From Octopus bimaculoides (lineage: Eukaryota): a DNA stretch of 64,000 nucleotides. The notes below the pieces were generated by a model. That model searched no databases, had not been told where the DNA came from, and saw only the letters and a program-made list of their open reading frames with translations. Of this stretch, positions 37,461 through 50,537 are shown one piece after another. Made by a program: the position numbers and the translations under genes. The stretch's first letter is position 1; each line of letters starts with the position of its first letter. The stretch spans positions 57,415,194 through 57,479,193 of the forward strand of contig NC_068994.1 in NCBI RefSeq assembly GCF_001194135.2, written 5' to 3'.

Positions 37461-38626
37461 NNNNNNNNNNNNNNNNNNNNNNNNNNNNNNNNNNNNNNNN
37501 NNNNNNNNNNNNNNNNNNNNNNNNNNNNNNNNNNNNNNNNNNNNNNNNNNNNNNNNNNNNNNNNNNNNNNNNNNNNNNNNNNNNNNNNNNNNNNNNNNNN
37601 NNNNNNNNNNNNNNNNNNNNNNNNNNNNNNNNNNNNNNNNNNNNNNNNNNTATATATATACTTGAATAAAATTCCTCTTTATGATGATAAAGCAACCTTG
37701 TACTTTAAGCTACGTTTCTGTATTACTATATTTGTTTATGGGAACCAATAAATCCGATTTTATGAATACGGCCGATTTTTATGTGTCATAGCTAGGTATT
37801 ACTTCTCCGAGATAATTTAATGAGTAAACCGTTATCGGAAGCAGTTTTTACTTTTACAGTGTTCCATCCAATGTGATTTTCTTCGATTACCTTTCGCTTA
37901 AATTTCTTGCCGTTTGGTTGTATTGAATTAGCTCGTTGAAAACTATTTCTTGAATCACTGCATCAGTTACCATGCAACAGTAATATCTAAAGACATAAGA
38001 ATTAGACGCGTCACTCAATGCAAGTGTAAAATTTTAGAAGACCGCCCGCAATTATCTCTACAGAAATTGAGTGATTAAAAATGGCCAGGAAAAAAAAGGA
38101 GGGAGAAAAAGCAACAATGAAAAATGAACTAACACAAACAAAAACAGAAAGAAATGGTAAGATATTAAGTGCAAAGAACAACGTATAAATGGAGAAGAGA
38201 AGCTGGTAAAGCAGATTTTTAGTAGAAAAGTTGAGTAAAGCTTGTAAAAGGAATTGGCTGAGACAAATAGCAAGCAGAAAAATTTCTGAAACCGTTTAGA
38301 AAATGAAAAGAAAAACTGCAGTAAAAGCAAAGAAACCCTATTTATAGTCTTATTACCACACGCTCGGAAGAGCACGAGAAGAAACATGAACGATGTTTAT
38401 TGATTAACGCGAATATTCGCATGTTTATGGTTGAAACAAGGATATAAGACGATATAGTCTTTATCAAAGTTTCAGGCTTCACCCGCACACCGCCACTACA
38501 ACCAAAAATAAAAAGAAACAAAATTAAATATCTCCTTGTATTATTATTATTATCATCATCATTATTATTATCATTATTATTATTGTTATTGTTATTATTA
38601 TTACTATTATTATTATCATTATCATT

Positions 38627-38673
<47 letters not shown>

Positions 38674-38678
38674 TATCA

Positions 38679-38713
<35 letters not shown>

Positions 38714-39055
38714 TACCGGAACCACAGTGGTGTAGGATAAAGAATATGTCTGTACTGAAGATTCAATCGATCTCGGTACTTATCGTTCGAAGAAGAAAAT
38801 AAAATGTAAGGGAAACAAAATATGGTAGGAAAAATAATTATAAAAATAAAACACCTAGCGCCCTCTATGCTTAAGGTTAGGAAAATTATATATCTAAGAT
38901 CCTCAAGTAAACACAGTTATGCATGAGTGTAAGCATTGAAACACGCACCCACACCCACATGCACACACGCACACACATACACAGAACACACACAGAGTTA
39001 TATACGTGGAAAAAACAGGTGTGTACGTATAGATGTGTGTGTGTGTATATATAAT

Positions 39056-39121
<66 letters not shown>

Positions 39122-39249
39122 GCATAAATTTCATTTATTTCTACATAGATACACACCAAAATTTTGAATGAGCAAGTATCCCCACATGTATGGTTATATA
39201 CATGTAGGCATACACCTATATGTTTTGCTAAGTTTATGTGTATGTAGAG

Positions 39250-39960
39250 GTATGCATGTTGGTCAAACGGGACGCTGCCTGGCCGCCGGTTCACTGAGCA
39301 CCTCCGAGACATCGGATTTGGCAACGGTACCTCGGTCTCGCGCCACTTCCGCTCCACTGGTCATACACTACAACATCTGTCTGTGTTAGGACTCTCTCTG
39401 CACAGGCGCCTTCGTCATGAACTGGAACTAAATCTTCTCCCTTCATTCCTTTGCTTCTTATGATCTCAATACGCCACCTTGCTACATCTAACACCAAATC
39501 CACACAGATTCCCACACACCTCCCACCTTCAACTTCTCCTCCCACCGACCAACTCCGTACCCTCACCACACACACCACAATACAAACACTCATACACACT
39601 ATCCAGCTCAGTACTCACATCACACACCATTCCACACACAAACACCCGCACACACCTTCCCACTCCATAAGCACTAGCACCCAACACCTCCCCGTATACA
39701 CACCACACAGCATTATGCACACCCCTACACCCACACACACTTACATGCACATGCATTCACACACACCTTCCCACTCCACACACACTTGCACTCAGTACCT
39801 GTCAACCCCTAACTCATGTACCTCTACGTCACCTCTAAATTTCGCCAACCCTATCCCACCTCACACCTTTATGCATTCCCCACAACACACAGTTCTCACT
39901 CCAGAAAGCACACACAATGCACATAACACGCCTGAATATACAATATACACACACATGGAA
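39250..39960 (+). mobile_element. Penelope-like element remnant: frameshifted GIY-YIG endonuclease C-terminal part plus CA-rich tail
   Basis: MHVGQTGRCLA / RFTEHLRDIGFGNGTSVSRHFRSTGHTLQHLSVLGL...RRLRHE / IFSLHSFASYDLN across two frameshifts matches the Y(I/V)GxTxR...RFxEH...V..HF...H...L..GLN pattern of Penelope endonucleases. Confidence 0.85.
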
Positions 39961-39979
39961 CACGTATGTATTAGTTTAT

Positions 39980-40200
39980 TGCCTACAGGCGGTTAAACAT
40001 AGATGGGACAAACAAGGACAGACAAACGGTTTGAGTCGATTAAATCGATCCCCAATGCGTAACTGCTACTTATTTAATCGACCCCGAAAGGATGAAAGGC
40101 AAAGTCGACCTCGGCGGAATTTGAACTCAGGACGTAACGGCAGACGAAATACCGCTAAGCTTTTCGCCCGGCGTGCTAACGATTCCGCCAGCTCGCCGCC
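39980..40200 (-). mobile_element. SINE family A, low-divergence copy, head abutting (AAT)n
   Basis: Near-perfect consensus from 40033 to 40200. Confidence 0.92.
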
Positions 40201-40202
40201 TC

Positions 40203-40273
<71 letters not shown>

Positions 40274-40417
40274 GAGCAAAGCGTTGAATATAATATAAAA
40301 AAAACATGCTCATTATTATACGCAAAAAAGTTGTTCACTTCTAAGAATGGAGCAAGGGAATATAAATATATATGAGTGTATCTATATGTGTATGTATGTA
40401 TGTATGTATATATATAC

Positions 40418-40496
<79 letters not shown>

Positions 40497-41231
40497 AACA
40501 TATATATATTCTTATATATATACAGATAGCACTCCATCTCTACATCATGTCTATCTTTGTTTCTCTCTCTATCTCTCTCTTTCTTTTTCTCTCTTTATAT
40601 ATATAGGTGGTTGCACATATTTATACATACTCGAGTAGCACCTAGACAAGCCAAAGTGAGATATAATAAAAAATAATAAAAATAATAAAAAAATCTATAT
40701 CTCCTATCAGAAATATCTGTTCCCGTTATTCCGAATGTTGCATTTATAAATAGAAGCATATTTTTCTCCTGGATTAGGTTCACTCTTCTATGTATGGAAA
40801 ATACTAATCTCGTCTACTGGAAACGTAGCGTTAAAATGATATCAGTTCAAAGTATAAGCCATGCAGATAACATAATCATTTGCCGTTGGTTTGTTTTTTA
40901 GCCACGTAGCTGCCCGGTTCTATGTATGTTATCTATTACCAAAGAAGTTTCAATTATCTACATGTTGTATTTTATAGAAACAGTGGATCGAGGAGCATAA
41001 TATTCTCTCAGAAAATGCGGTATGTAAATTAGAATATTATTACAAGCAGATCAAAGCACGTTCTGCATTGTTTCGAGCATGGAGAGTACATAGGTAGAGT
41101 TAAAGGATATACTCTACGTCAGTGCAAGAGTATAGAGTCTATCTGAGATATGCAGGTACAAACTCACATCTACGCATACATCCGGTGAGAGATGAATATC
41201 ATTTAATGTAGACTGTATTAAAATAATAGCT

Positions 41232-41319
41232 ACTAATAGCTTCTTACCATTAACACACGTGGTCAAGCAGGTCTTATAACGTGCTTAACCACGTGTCTCC
41301 ATGGCAAGAAACTATTAGT
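41232..41319. mobile_element. 88-bp palindromic mini-MITE or hairpin
   Basis: ACTAATAGCTTCTTACCAT-taac-ACACGTGGTCAAGCAGGT...ACGTGCTTAACCACGTGT-ctcc-ATGGCAAGAAACTATTAGT; a partial related arm lies at 63967-63998. Confidence 0.7.
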
Positions 41320-41564
41320 GACTCCTATCTTAATGCTGGGTACATTAAATGATACACACACACGCGAAAATATATATATCAGTATATTACAGGAATGCTT
41401 ATATATGTATGCATATATGTATGTGTGTGAGTGTGTGTGTGTAGATTTGTATGTTTTGCTTAATGTATGTCTTCTCATGCATACACTTGCATATCTAGAC
41501 ATGCTCATAGATATTTAAACGATAAACTTCTGGAAAGTTTTACATATTTTTATAGTTCCATCGA

Positions 41565-42240
41565 TGACTTGGGTCTGTAGTTTTCTGCTGGGCTGCTTAT
41601 TTCCACAATTGTACAGTTTCTCTTCTCTGTCTCAAATCATTCTCTCAGGTCTATTGTGTTTACATTTTATTCAGGTTTTCACTGGAACATTCCACCAGCA
41701 CTCCCTTTTCTGAGTGGCATCTACCATATGGCATCTACCATAATGTGAGCTCTCATTTCTTTGGCTTCTGGGTATCCTTCCGACGGATCTTATTATACAG
41801 TGTCTAAGCCACATCATGTCTCATCGGCAGATTATTCCGTGATGTCATTTTCGGACAACTGCTTATTATGTGGGTGATATCTTCGGTATTAGCTTTACAA
41901 AGTCTGTATCGGTTGTCACATTTTACAGCTTTTCCTGCGCCCCTGCCTCTTTTCTGCATCAGGTATTTGGTTGGTATTTCCTGTTCCTGATTTGCAAACA
42001 TATACCCTTCAAAGACGAAGGTAGTAATCCGGTTGTTGGTCCATGATAGACTGCTTTGATGATCAACGTTACTATCATCTCAGAGCTTTCTACTAACATA
42101 TCCATGCATGGTCTTCTCCTGATATACGCTCGTTCTTTCATGTGACGATACGTTGCAGTAGAGCCGTGCGACTTCTTTGGGTATGTATTTAAGGTTATCA
42201 GACAAGGAATGCTACTCAAGGAGCAGCTTTCTAAGTCTTA
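41565..42240 (-). pseudogene. Decayed R4/Dong-clade non-LTR retrotransposon ORF 3' part: CCHC zinc knuckle and restriction-like endonuclease
   Basis: SSLSWTNNR...FEGYMFANQEQEIPTKYL...YRLCKANTEDITHIISSCPKM...RHDVA, then WWNVPVKT.IKCKHNRPE...DREEK..TIVEISSPA (decayed PD-(D/E)xK-type motif); stops, frameshifts and a 14-bp tandem duplication at ~41716-41743. Confidence 0.85.
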
Positions 42241-42819
42241 TATGTGTTATCAAGCCTCATGAATGCAAACTTCGTCGAGGGATATACTTCGACTTTGGTG
42301 GTTAAAAGATGTTACCGAACGGATATGATACGTTACTCAAAGATAGTCTGGATTTATGTATGTATGTATGTATATTACGGGAATGCATGTGGTGGCGAAG
42401 CGAACTGCTTATCCACACAGCCATGCCGCCTCCCTATAGCTATTTTTTTTCAACCAGATCGAGGAACTACAGCACGGAAGATCCCGTGATGGTGTTGTCC
42501 GAATCAACAGCGCGAATATATTTGCGGATTGAAGTGTAACTTCTGTAAACACAGGGACATATTTATCTAACAGTACATCACATGATTGGAAACTGAATTT
42601 AAATTGTGATACATATCGAAGAAAAGACTTAAAATTATGTTTACATTGTATCATATATTAATAGGAGTCACTTCACGTCTGTTACAACCATCCTCAGCCT
42701 ACCACTCTCTCCCTCCCAATAATCTATATTTTTCATCTTCCAAACTTCTTGCCATAGCAACTAAAATCGTTTCGCATAATGAGCCGTTTTTCATAATGCC
42801 ATGCTTATTCTCCATCACC

Positions 42820-43313
42820 AACAATCCAACCGCCACCAAGGCCACCACTACCTGCGTCACCACTGCCACCACCACCACCACCACCACTACTACCACCACC
42901 ACCACTACTACCACCACCACCAGCGCCACCAACACTATCACCACCACCACCACNNNNNNNNNNNNNNNNNNNNNNNNNNNNNNNNNNNNNNNNNNNNNNN
43001 NNNNNNNNNNNNNNNNNNNNNNNNNNNNNNNNNNNNNNNNNNNNNNNNNNNNNNNNNNNNNNNNNNNNNNNNNNNNNNNNNNNNNACTACCACCACTATC
43101 GTCGTCCCACCACCACTACCACTATCGCTACCACCATCACCATCACCACCACCACCACCACCACCACCACCACCACTACCACCAGCACCACCACCGCCGC
43201 CGTCGCTACATGTAATAGTATCGATATTACGACTGCTGCTACTACTACCACTAATGCTACACATAGTAGCAATTGTTCATGTATTATTATCACTATCATT
43301 ATTATTAGTAGTG

Positions 43314-43350
<37 letters not shown>

Positions 43351-43368
43351 CAGCAGCAGCAGCAGCAA

Positions 43369-43416
<48 letters not shown>

Positions 43417-43464
43417 CAGCAGCAGTAGCAGCAGCAGTAGCAGCAGCAGTAGCAGCAGCAGCAA

Positions 43465-43510
<46 letters not shown>

Positions 43511-43515
43511 TGCTG
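42820..43515. repeat. (ACC/ACT)n and (TAG/CAG)n arrays with an internal gap
   Basis: Direct inspection. Confidence 0.95.
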
Positions 43516-44334
43516 TAGGCGGCCACAGCGAACAACGAGAATACTAACAATTAGAAAAATCAGCAACAGTAGCAACGAGAACTATATGAAAAAAAGAAAA
43601 ACACACAAAAGTCAGCAAATCGAAAAGAAAAAAAAATAGAAATCAAACGGCAATAATCACAACAACAACCATAACAAGAATTTTAAAAAAAAACAAGCCA
43701 GAGCAATGGCTACCACAGCAACGAGAAGAACAATGATGACAGTAAAGCGACGACTAAGTACCCGAGGCTGGTTTCGCCTTGAAATATTTTGAAATTTGTG
43801 ACGTTCTGTGGCAGGATGCAATAATGGATTATTCGCTATCACTGAAGAAGTTTGTGTAAAACCTAAAATACGGAATAATGGAATATTAATTCAAAGTTTC
43901 AAGGCATTTATTGATTGGTTTTATATATAAGTTGAGCAGAGACTACAGAAAGTTCTAGTGAAACATTTGCAATGCTGCAGGCTATAGTATTCTTTTCTTG
44001 GATTAGTACACATGCAAATAAATGTTGCTGTTTTTTTCTCTCTGTATTTTCTGAATTGCCTTTTCTTTTTTTTTACTTTCGGCATTTCTAGATTGGTTTT
44101 TTGTTTTTTTTTTCAGAATATTGACCAACAAGATAAAAAATATATATATCATGTAAACAGCGCAAAATAAAACATGAGCAGTTTAAAGCATATTTTCTAT
44201 AAGCGAGTATTTTACAAATGTGATCGACTTGCAAAGAAACTATTTCGTAGTCGCTAGACAAAGTAGGAATGGAAATAAAATTTTCCTAAAAAATCATGCA
44301 CCATATTCTTTAAAAAGTGGGTGACCTTATCAGA

Positions 44335-44670
44335 TAATACTGTAGGCACAAGGCCCAACATTTGGAGAAAGTCGGCTAGTTGATTACATCGACCGCAGTG
44401 CTCAGCGGATATTTATCTTATCGACTCGAAAAAGTTGGTTGTTTCAGCTCGAAGCCTTAAAATAATTCTTTCTAATTTTTGACTCCAGAGCAACTTTGAC
44501 GGGAAAGGCGATCGATTGTGTCGTTTGAAGTACTTCCTTGGTATTTATTTTATCGACGCCGAAAAAATGAAAGGCAAAGTCGATCTCTGAAACATTTGAA
44601 CTCAGAACTTAAGACCGGACGAAATGCCGCTCAACACTTTTGTCCGACGACATTCTGCCAGCTCGCTGCT
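44335..44670 (-). mobile_element. Two head-to-tail SINE family A copies (about 44335-44440 partial and 44465-44670)
   Basis: GTAGGCACAAGGCCC...ATCGACTCGAAA, then ATCGACGCCGAAAAAATGAAAGGCAAAGTCGA...TTCTGCCAGCTCGCTGC. Confidence 0.85.
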
Positions 44671-46056
44671 TTTGGACCTGTTAGGTGATGTACAATACTT
44701 TTGTTCTAACGACTTGTATCGCTCATGATTGTTTTCATAATTAAGTAAACCAGCGCCCTCCAGGTCTATGTGTCGACTGTGCTATGTGTGTGTATGAAGT
44801 GGTGTGTGAGCGTTAATAATCCAGGAGGCTGATTGCAAGAATTCCTTTTCAATGTTTGACAGCTTTTGCAAGTAAATACCAATGCTCACTCTGAGAGCCA
44901 AAATTCTTTCCTACCAGCAAGGACATAATAAGACGAGTGTCACTTGTGGTTTGTGCAGTGGTTACTCGCAACATTTTAGTCACAAACGAAAAATTCATCC
45001 TTAAGATAAACTATAAACTATGAACTTCTATACAAGTATAACTCTTTCCTGGATTAGAAAATTAAATGGATTTGTGAACTAACATATGAAACAGATGTTA
45101 TTGAAAAGAGTCAAAAACACACGTTTCACAAACATAAAACACTAATGAGTAATCAATGTAGAAGTTATACACATATATTGATTAAATAAAAAACAAAAAC
45201 TAATAGACCTTCCTACCTAACAGCCTATGAAACATTTAAAGTACAACGTTGCGGATACCGGTATCGAACTCACAAGCGTGTGGTTCTGAAGGAAGCTGTT
45301 TATCCATACAGCCATGCCGATATCTAAAGTGTAACGGCAAAACAATGCTAGATTCAAGTAAGAGACTCGTAATGCAGTAAATAACAGCCGTTGATTGAAC
45401 AAATCTCACTAAACACATGTAAGCATTGAATTATATTAATGCAACTGTCCATGAGGGAGCTGCTAAGGTCATAATATATTATATTTCAGTGAGACATGCA
45501 AGAGACTTCAAACTTATATTCACAGCACATGAGTGCAGCATACACACATTTTCTGAGCAATTCCAAAACCATTTAAAAAAATAAGAGTGACTATAAAAAC
45601 ACACAATAGAATAATCCTTTACGTCATCCATTATAAAATAGCAAGAGAGTCTATCTTGGGACAATCAATATATCCGATGCCCCATAAAGAAACAACAGAC
45701 ACAAAGCGCAACAGCTGAATCTCTACAAAATCATCAATATCATGCACGATGTCTATCATTCAAATAGGAGCTGGGAAATGGCGCCATAGTATACAGGAAA
45801 GGACCAATGGCTGGCTCGGATTTTAAAGCCCCAAATGACAGTCTTCTTAAATAGTATTATGCTAATGAGTGAATCACAATATTGAATTGCTTGCCCCCGA
45901 GTTGAAATGGTACAGATAAAATATGTAATCTGCAACATTGATCAATTATTTGGTGTGCAATTGTTAAAATTTAACATAGTCACTTTTTAACACACTCAAA
46001 AGGAAATACGCTTCTCACTACCACAATTATATGCATAAACGTGCATTATGCTACTT

Positions 46057-46098
<42 letters not shown>

Positions 46099-46105
46099 GC
46101 ACACA

Positions 46106-46318
46106 CAGTAATCTCTCGCCGTATCGCGGTTCACCTATCGCGGTTTATTGTTTAAGCTTACGTCGATTCCTCCGTGGTGTTGTTTTGCATTTATAATAAA
46201 ATGAATATATACAGATTATAAAAATAAAATAAAAAAATATACAGTACTGTTTCTACTTCGCGAATTTTCACTTATCGCGGGGTGTTTTGGAATGTAACAC
46301 TCACAATAGTCGAGGGAT

Positions 46319-46323
<5 letters not shown>
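46106..46323. mobile_element. pogo/Tigger-type MITE
   Basis: TIR-like ends CAGTAATCTCTCGCCGTATCGCGG and CAATAGTCGAGGGATTACTA, inserted in a TA/CA microsatellite; internal TATCGCGG repeats. Confidence 0.75.
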
Positions 46324-46356
<33 letters not shown>

Positions 46357-46489
46357 TTCATCGGGTCAGAGTAGACATGGAAACAATAGCGGCTAAGAAG
46401 TGGTTCCATACCCAACAAAATCCTTAGACTCCCGTATTAGGATTCCCACACTGGATGCTGTTTAATGCCATACCTATGGGCTAATTAGC

Positions 46490-46665
46490 GAGTCAGTGGG
46501 CAGATGGAGTTCGTTAGTCAGGTGGGGATAGCAACACATCTAAGCGAACGAAAACCTTGGTTCCAAACAACCGTTTCCTTGAGGCAGTACCTCATCATGG
46601 GAAAGATTTCGGGATTATGCCCGGAGGGAAAATCGGGAGAGTCGGTGCGACTGACTCAGTCTACA
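46490..46665 (+). mobile_element. Probable RTE-clade LINE 5' non-coding region fragment
   Basis: GTCAGGTGGGGATAGCAACACATCTA...GAAAACCTTGGTTCCAAAC...CATGGGAAAG.TTTCGGGA resembles RTE 5' UTRs as I recall them; not verified. Confidence 0.45.
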
Positions 46666-48017
46666 ATATGAGAAACACGAGAGAGCATCAAACAGAGCTG
46701 AGTCTCAATCAGACTCAATAACATAAACGTATCACATACATGAGTTACGCACCTCACAACATTGCCTCCGCACGGATAAGGCAGAGTAAAGAAAAGAAAA
46801 TGGCGCCCAAACATATTTAGAACAATGACAGAAAGAAAGGAATACAATAAGTGCTATCAATGCATTTGATCCATCGCCATCTCTTCTCACCATATCTGTC
46901 CCTCAATCTCACTTGAACAAATCATTTTATATGGAAAGATAGCACGTGAAATAGAAATAGACTGGATAGTATAGAGAGTGCGATATGTCCTCCAGCCTGT
47001 TACACTGAAACTCGTACGATTCATCACTGCATACCCAGTATAGTCTTCAGCCAGTGTACATGGAAAGGGGAAAGTCTGCGTAGATGGGAAGATGGATTTA
47101 TGTTTCACACTTCGTCACTTCGCCGACTACCAGCCTACTGTAACACTGCTGAATCAGGGCACACCCAGTTCCACACGGCACGGTATTGTTCCATCATTTT
47201 AAGTAACAAGTTACACCACTTATTGTATTAAACCAGTAAAAGAAAAAACTAGAGTCACTTTCAGATTAGTTTTAAATTTTATTTTGTGTTAAAACTGAGG
47301 AGTAAATAATAATTTCTACCATAAAACAAGGAAGTACAGTTTGAGGACGGGTAAATCGATTAAACTGACTTCACTTATTTTATCAGCTACGGAAGAACAT
47401 GGAAAATTCAATATCTGCTACTACATACGATCTTAGCCATGCAAATGGCTGTAGGTCCTAATCACATACTGACGGCCATGTTTTCTTCCTCTTAAAAGCG
47501 ATTATACCAGTCTCCGCTCTAGCTTGAATAATAAATAATAAAGTATAGCTTGTCGCGATGCCGACATAATGATATAATACCATTTGAATTTTATTGGATA
47601 TTCATAGCATATTGATGAATGCAAAAACTGTACGAAGTTTCGATTTCCACTGGATACACACTTTGGGAATTCTCTTCCACATAGCCATTATATCTGCATT
47701 CACACATTGTTTAATGATGTATTTTCCACGCTGTTCACTACCAGCTTATTCCACGAATTTATTTTCAATACTTTTTAACTTGATTGCTAAGGTTATTGAT
47801 CGCAAGATATTGTGATTGTTGTAGCTGTAAGTTATTATTTCTCGTACTTGTCTGTCTATTAACAGACCCTCAACGTTGCATAGAATTACATATACTGCTA
47901 TATTAATAATTAAATGATAAGATATAACTGCCCTACAACAAACAGATATATCTTATTATAATTGTTATAATAGCAACAGAATTTTGTTGAGTCTTCATAG
48001 TACAGTAAGGAACATAC

Positions 48018-48107
48018 CATAGCGAGGAGAAGACTTTCGTCCAAATACTTCCAGATACTTCGACAAGGAATTTTCTGTAGTATAGCCATTGTGACTGTAT
48101 CTACATT
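48018..48107 (-). CDS. Candidate 90-nt phase-1/1 exon, possible peptide CRYSHNGYTTENSLSKYLEVFGRKSSPRY
   Basis: Donor ATG/GTATGT and acceptor TGCAG with a poor pyrimidine tract; two frames open; no recognised homology. Confidence 0.15.
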
Positions 48108-48379
48108 CTGCATGTTAATTAATTATCCGTTCATTCTTAGATTAATCGACTAATGAAATATATATCTAATTTACGCTAATTATACGAAAATGTATGCATC
48201 TATGTATGTGTTTGTGTGTAGTTGTCTAAAACCCCATGAGCCCCAAAACACTCATTTATCAGTTAATAGAGTGAGTATATCATGATTATTAGTCTTATCA
48301 TCATCATTATCATCATCATTATTATCATTGTTATTATCATCATCATCATAATCAGCATCATCGTTATTATTAATAGTAT

Positions 48380-48620
48380 TCCGCTGAGGTCGACTTTGCT
48401 TTGCATCCGTTCAGGGATCAATAAGTACCAGTTGAACACTGGGGTCCAAAAATAGAAAAGAAGAAGTATAATATTATAAATCAACCGGCACCTATGTAAT
48501 TGTATCTGTTCTATGGAGCATTGAAGAATGAAAAGCAAAGTCAATGCTGGCTGGATTTCAAGTTAGAAAGTTAAAGAGCTTAACTAAATCCCATAATGCA
48601 TTTATTCCGCCAATCCATCA
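48380..48620. mobile_element. Adjacent inverted pair of SINE family A fragments (+ 48380-48448, - 48485-48620)
   Basis: CCGCTGAGGTCGACTTTGCTTTGCATCC faces GAATGAAAAGCAAAGTCAATGCTGG. Confidence 0.65.
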
Positions 48621-50487
48621 CATTCACAAAGCCGTATGTATTAATAGTGTAATCTAGAATATCACTAACCTGATGCGTATTGATACTCTCCAACGCGTAT
48701 GTTTTTATGCCGACATTTTTATAAACTGTATTAATTAATCTATTTAGTTATTTGTCTGTTTATTTATGATTTCTCCATTTGGAAGAAACATATATTTGGT
48801 AATTTTCTTAAAACTCCTCTCCAATTATATTTTTTGATCAGCGCTATTGTAGTAGCAATTATTATATTATTCTAACCATGTCTTGAAGCAACACTGACTG
48901 AACTTTCTAAAGTATAACATTGAGAAACACCTACTATAATTTAGCCGTCAACATTTCAATAATTGTGTATCAGCATAATTACAAATGTTTCACTTTGCTC
49001 TCATTTGTCTCCAATTTCACGCTATTTATGTCTCATTTTATTAATTCACATATGCACATTTCTTTTTAAGATACAATTTCCTGAGAAGTTCGTCTGTTTA
49101 TCGTACATTGCGTGCCAGCAGAAAACTGATGGATGTTTATAGTTTACACATTCTTAATATACAGTCGATTGGAAAAGAAAGCGATTTCAGTGTTCTAAAT
49201 GAATATGTTTAGCCAATCTTCTAAATTTATACCCGAGTCTACCTCGAGGTTTCGAAAACTAATTATAAATTTTGTTATTCCACAACAAGGAGGAAGAGTT
49301 GAATCAGCAAAACTAAATTCAGTGTTTGTAGTTCGGAAAAGAATCTATGTTTGCTAAAGGGCATCCTACATTTGTTTTTCTATTTCCTCTTTGCAAATGT
49401 CATTTTTTTCTTTTCTTTCTTTTATTTTTTGTCATTTGCATCATTGGAAAAAACATTCGTATTATTTCCACATATGTTGTTCTGCTTCCCTGAACTTTAA
49501 ATTTAATGTTGTTTTAAACCAAATATTACTAATATTAGCTTTAGCGTTTCGTTTTGACATTTAACGGTAAGTTCTTTAGAAATGACCATAATAATTGCAG
49601 CAAAGAGACAAGAAATGCAGTTGTGAATTCATTCATTTTATGGAAATTATGCTTCGGAGAAATATGTTTCGAATTACAAACCTCGTTCTGTGTACATTAG
49701 TTTTTATTTACTTTCACTCGCAGACGATCCGGAAACGTTATGACACACATACATACATGTATACATATACATATATACACACATATACATATATATATAT
49801 ANNNNNNNNNNNNNNNNNNNNNNNNNNNNNNNNNNNNNNNNNNNNNNNNNNNNNNNNNNNNNNNNNNNNNNNNNNNNNNNNNNNNNNNNNNNNNNNNNNN
49901 NNNNNNNNNNNNNNNNNNNNNNNNNNNNNNNNNNNNNNNNNNNNNNNNNNNNNNNNNNNNNNNNNNNNNNNNNNNNNATATATATATATATATATATACA
50001 TACATATATACGTATATATGTATATATGATATACATATATAAAAAGTAGATAAAAATGGCGTTTAAATTTTAAGCGCCATTTGTGTTTACTTTTTGTACC
50101 TACGACACACCAAGGCCTCACCTCTGAGTCGGTTCCATGATTTAAATTGGATTTGGTACTTAAATATTTACAGTATCCTACCAAAACTTGATGTGTTCAA
50201 TGTTTTTATTTCACTGTAAGCTCTATGTTATCGTACCTAGCCATCGCTCTACATCACTCTAGGCCTCTACGACGATGATAAGACGATTTAGTTAAGCATC
50301 CTGGCTGAAGATAGGAACAATGCCGCAATCAAGACAGAATTGGAATCGCACTGTGATAATCGGTGTATAACAGTATCTGATGGTCTGGTTGATACTCTGA
50401 TAATGCGATATAGCTTCTATCTTCATGTCTATTTGTATACTTGTCTCATTCTATTCTTGTCTCTCTTTCACATACGCACATACACAC

Positions 50488-50537
<50 letters not shown>

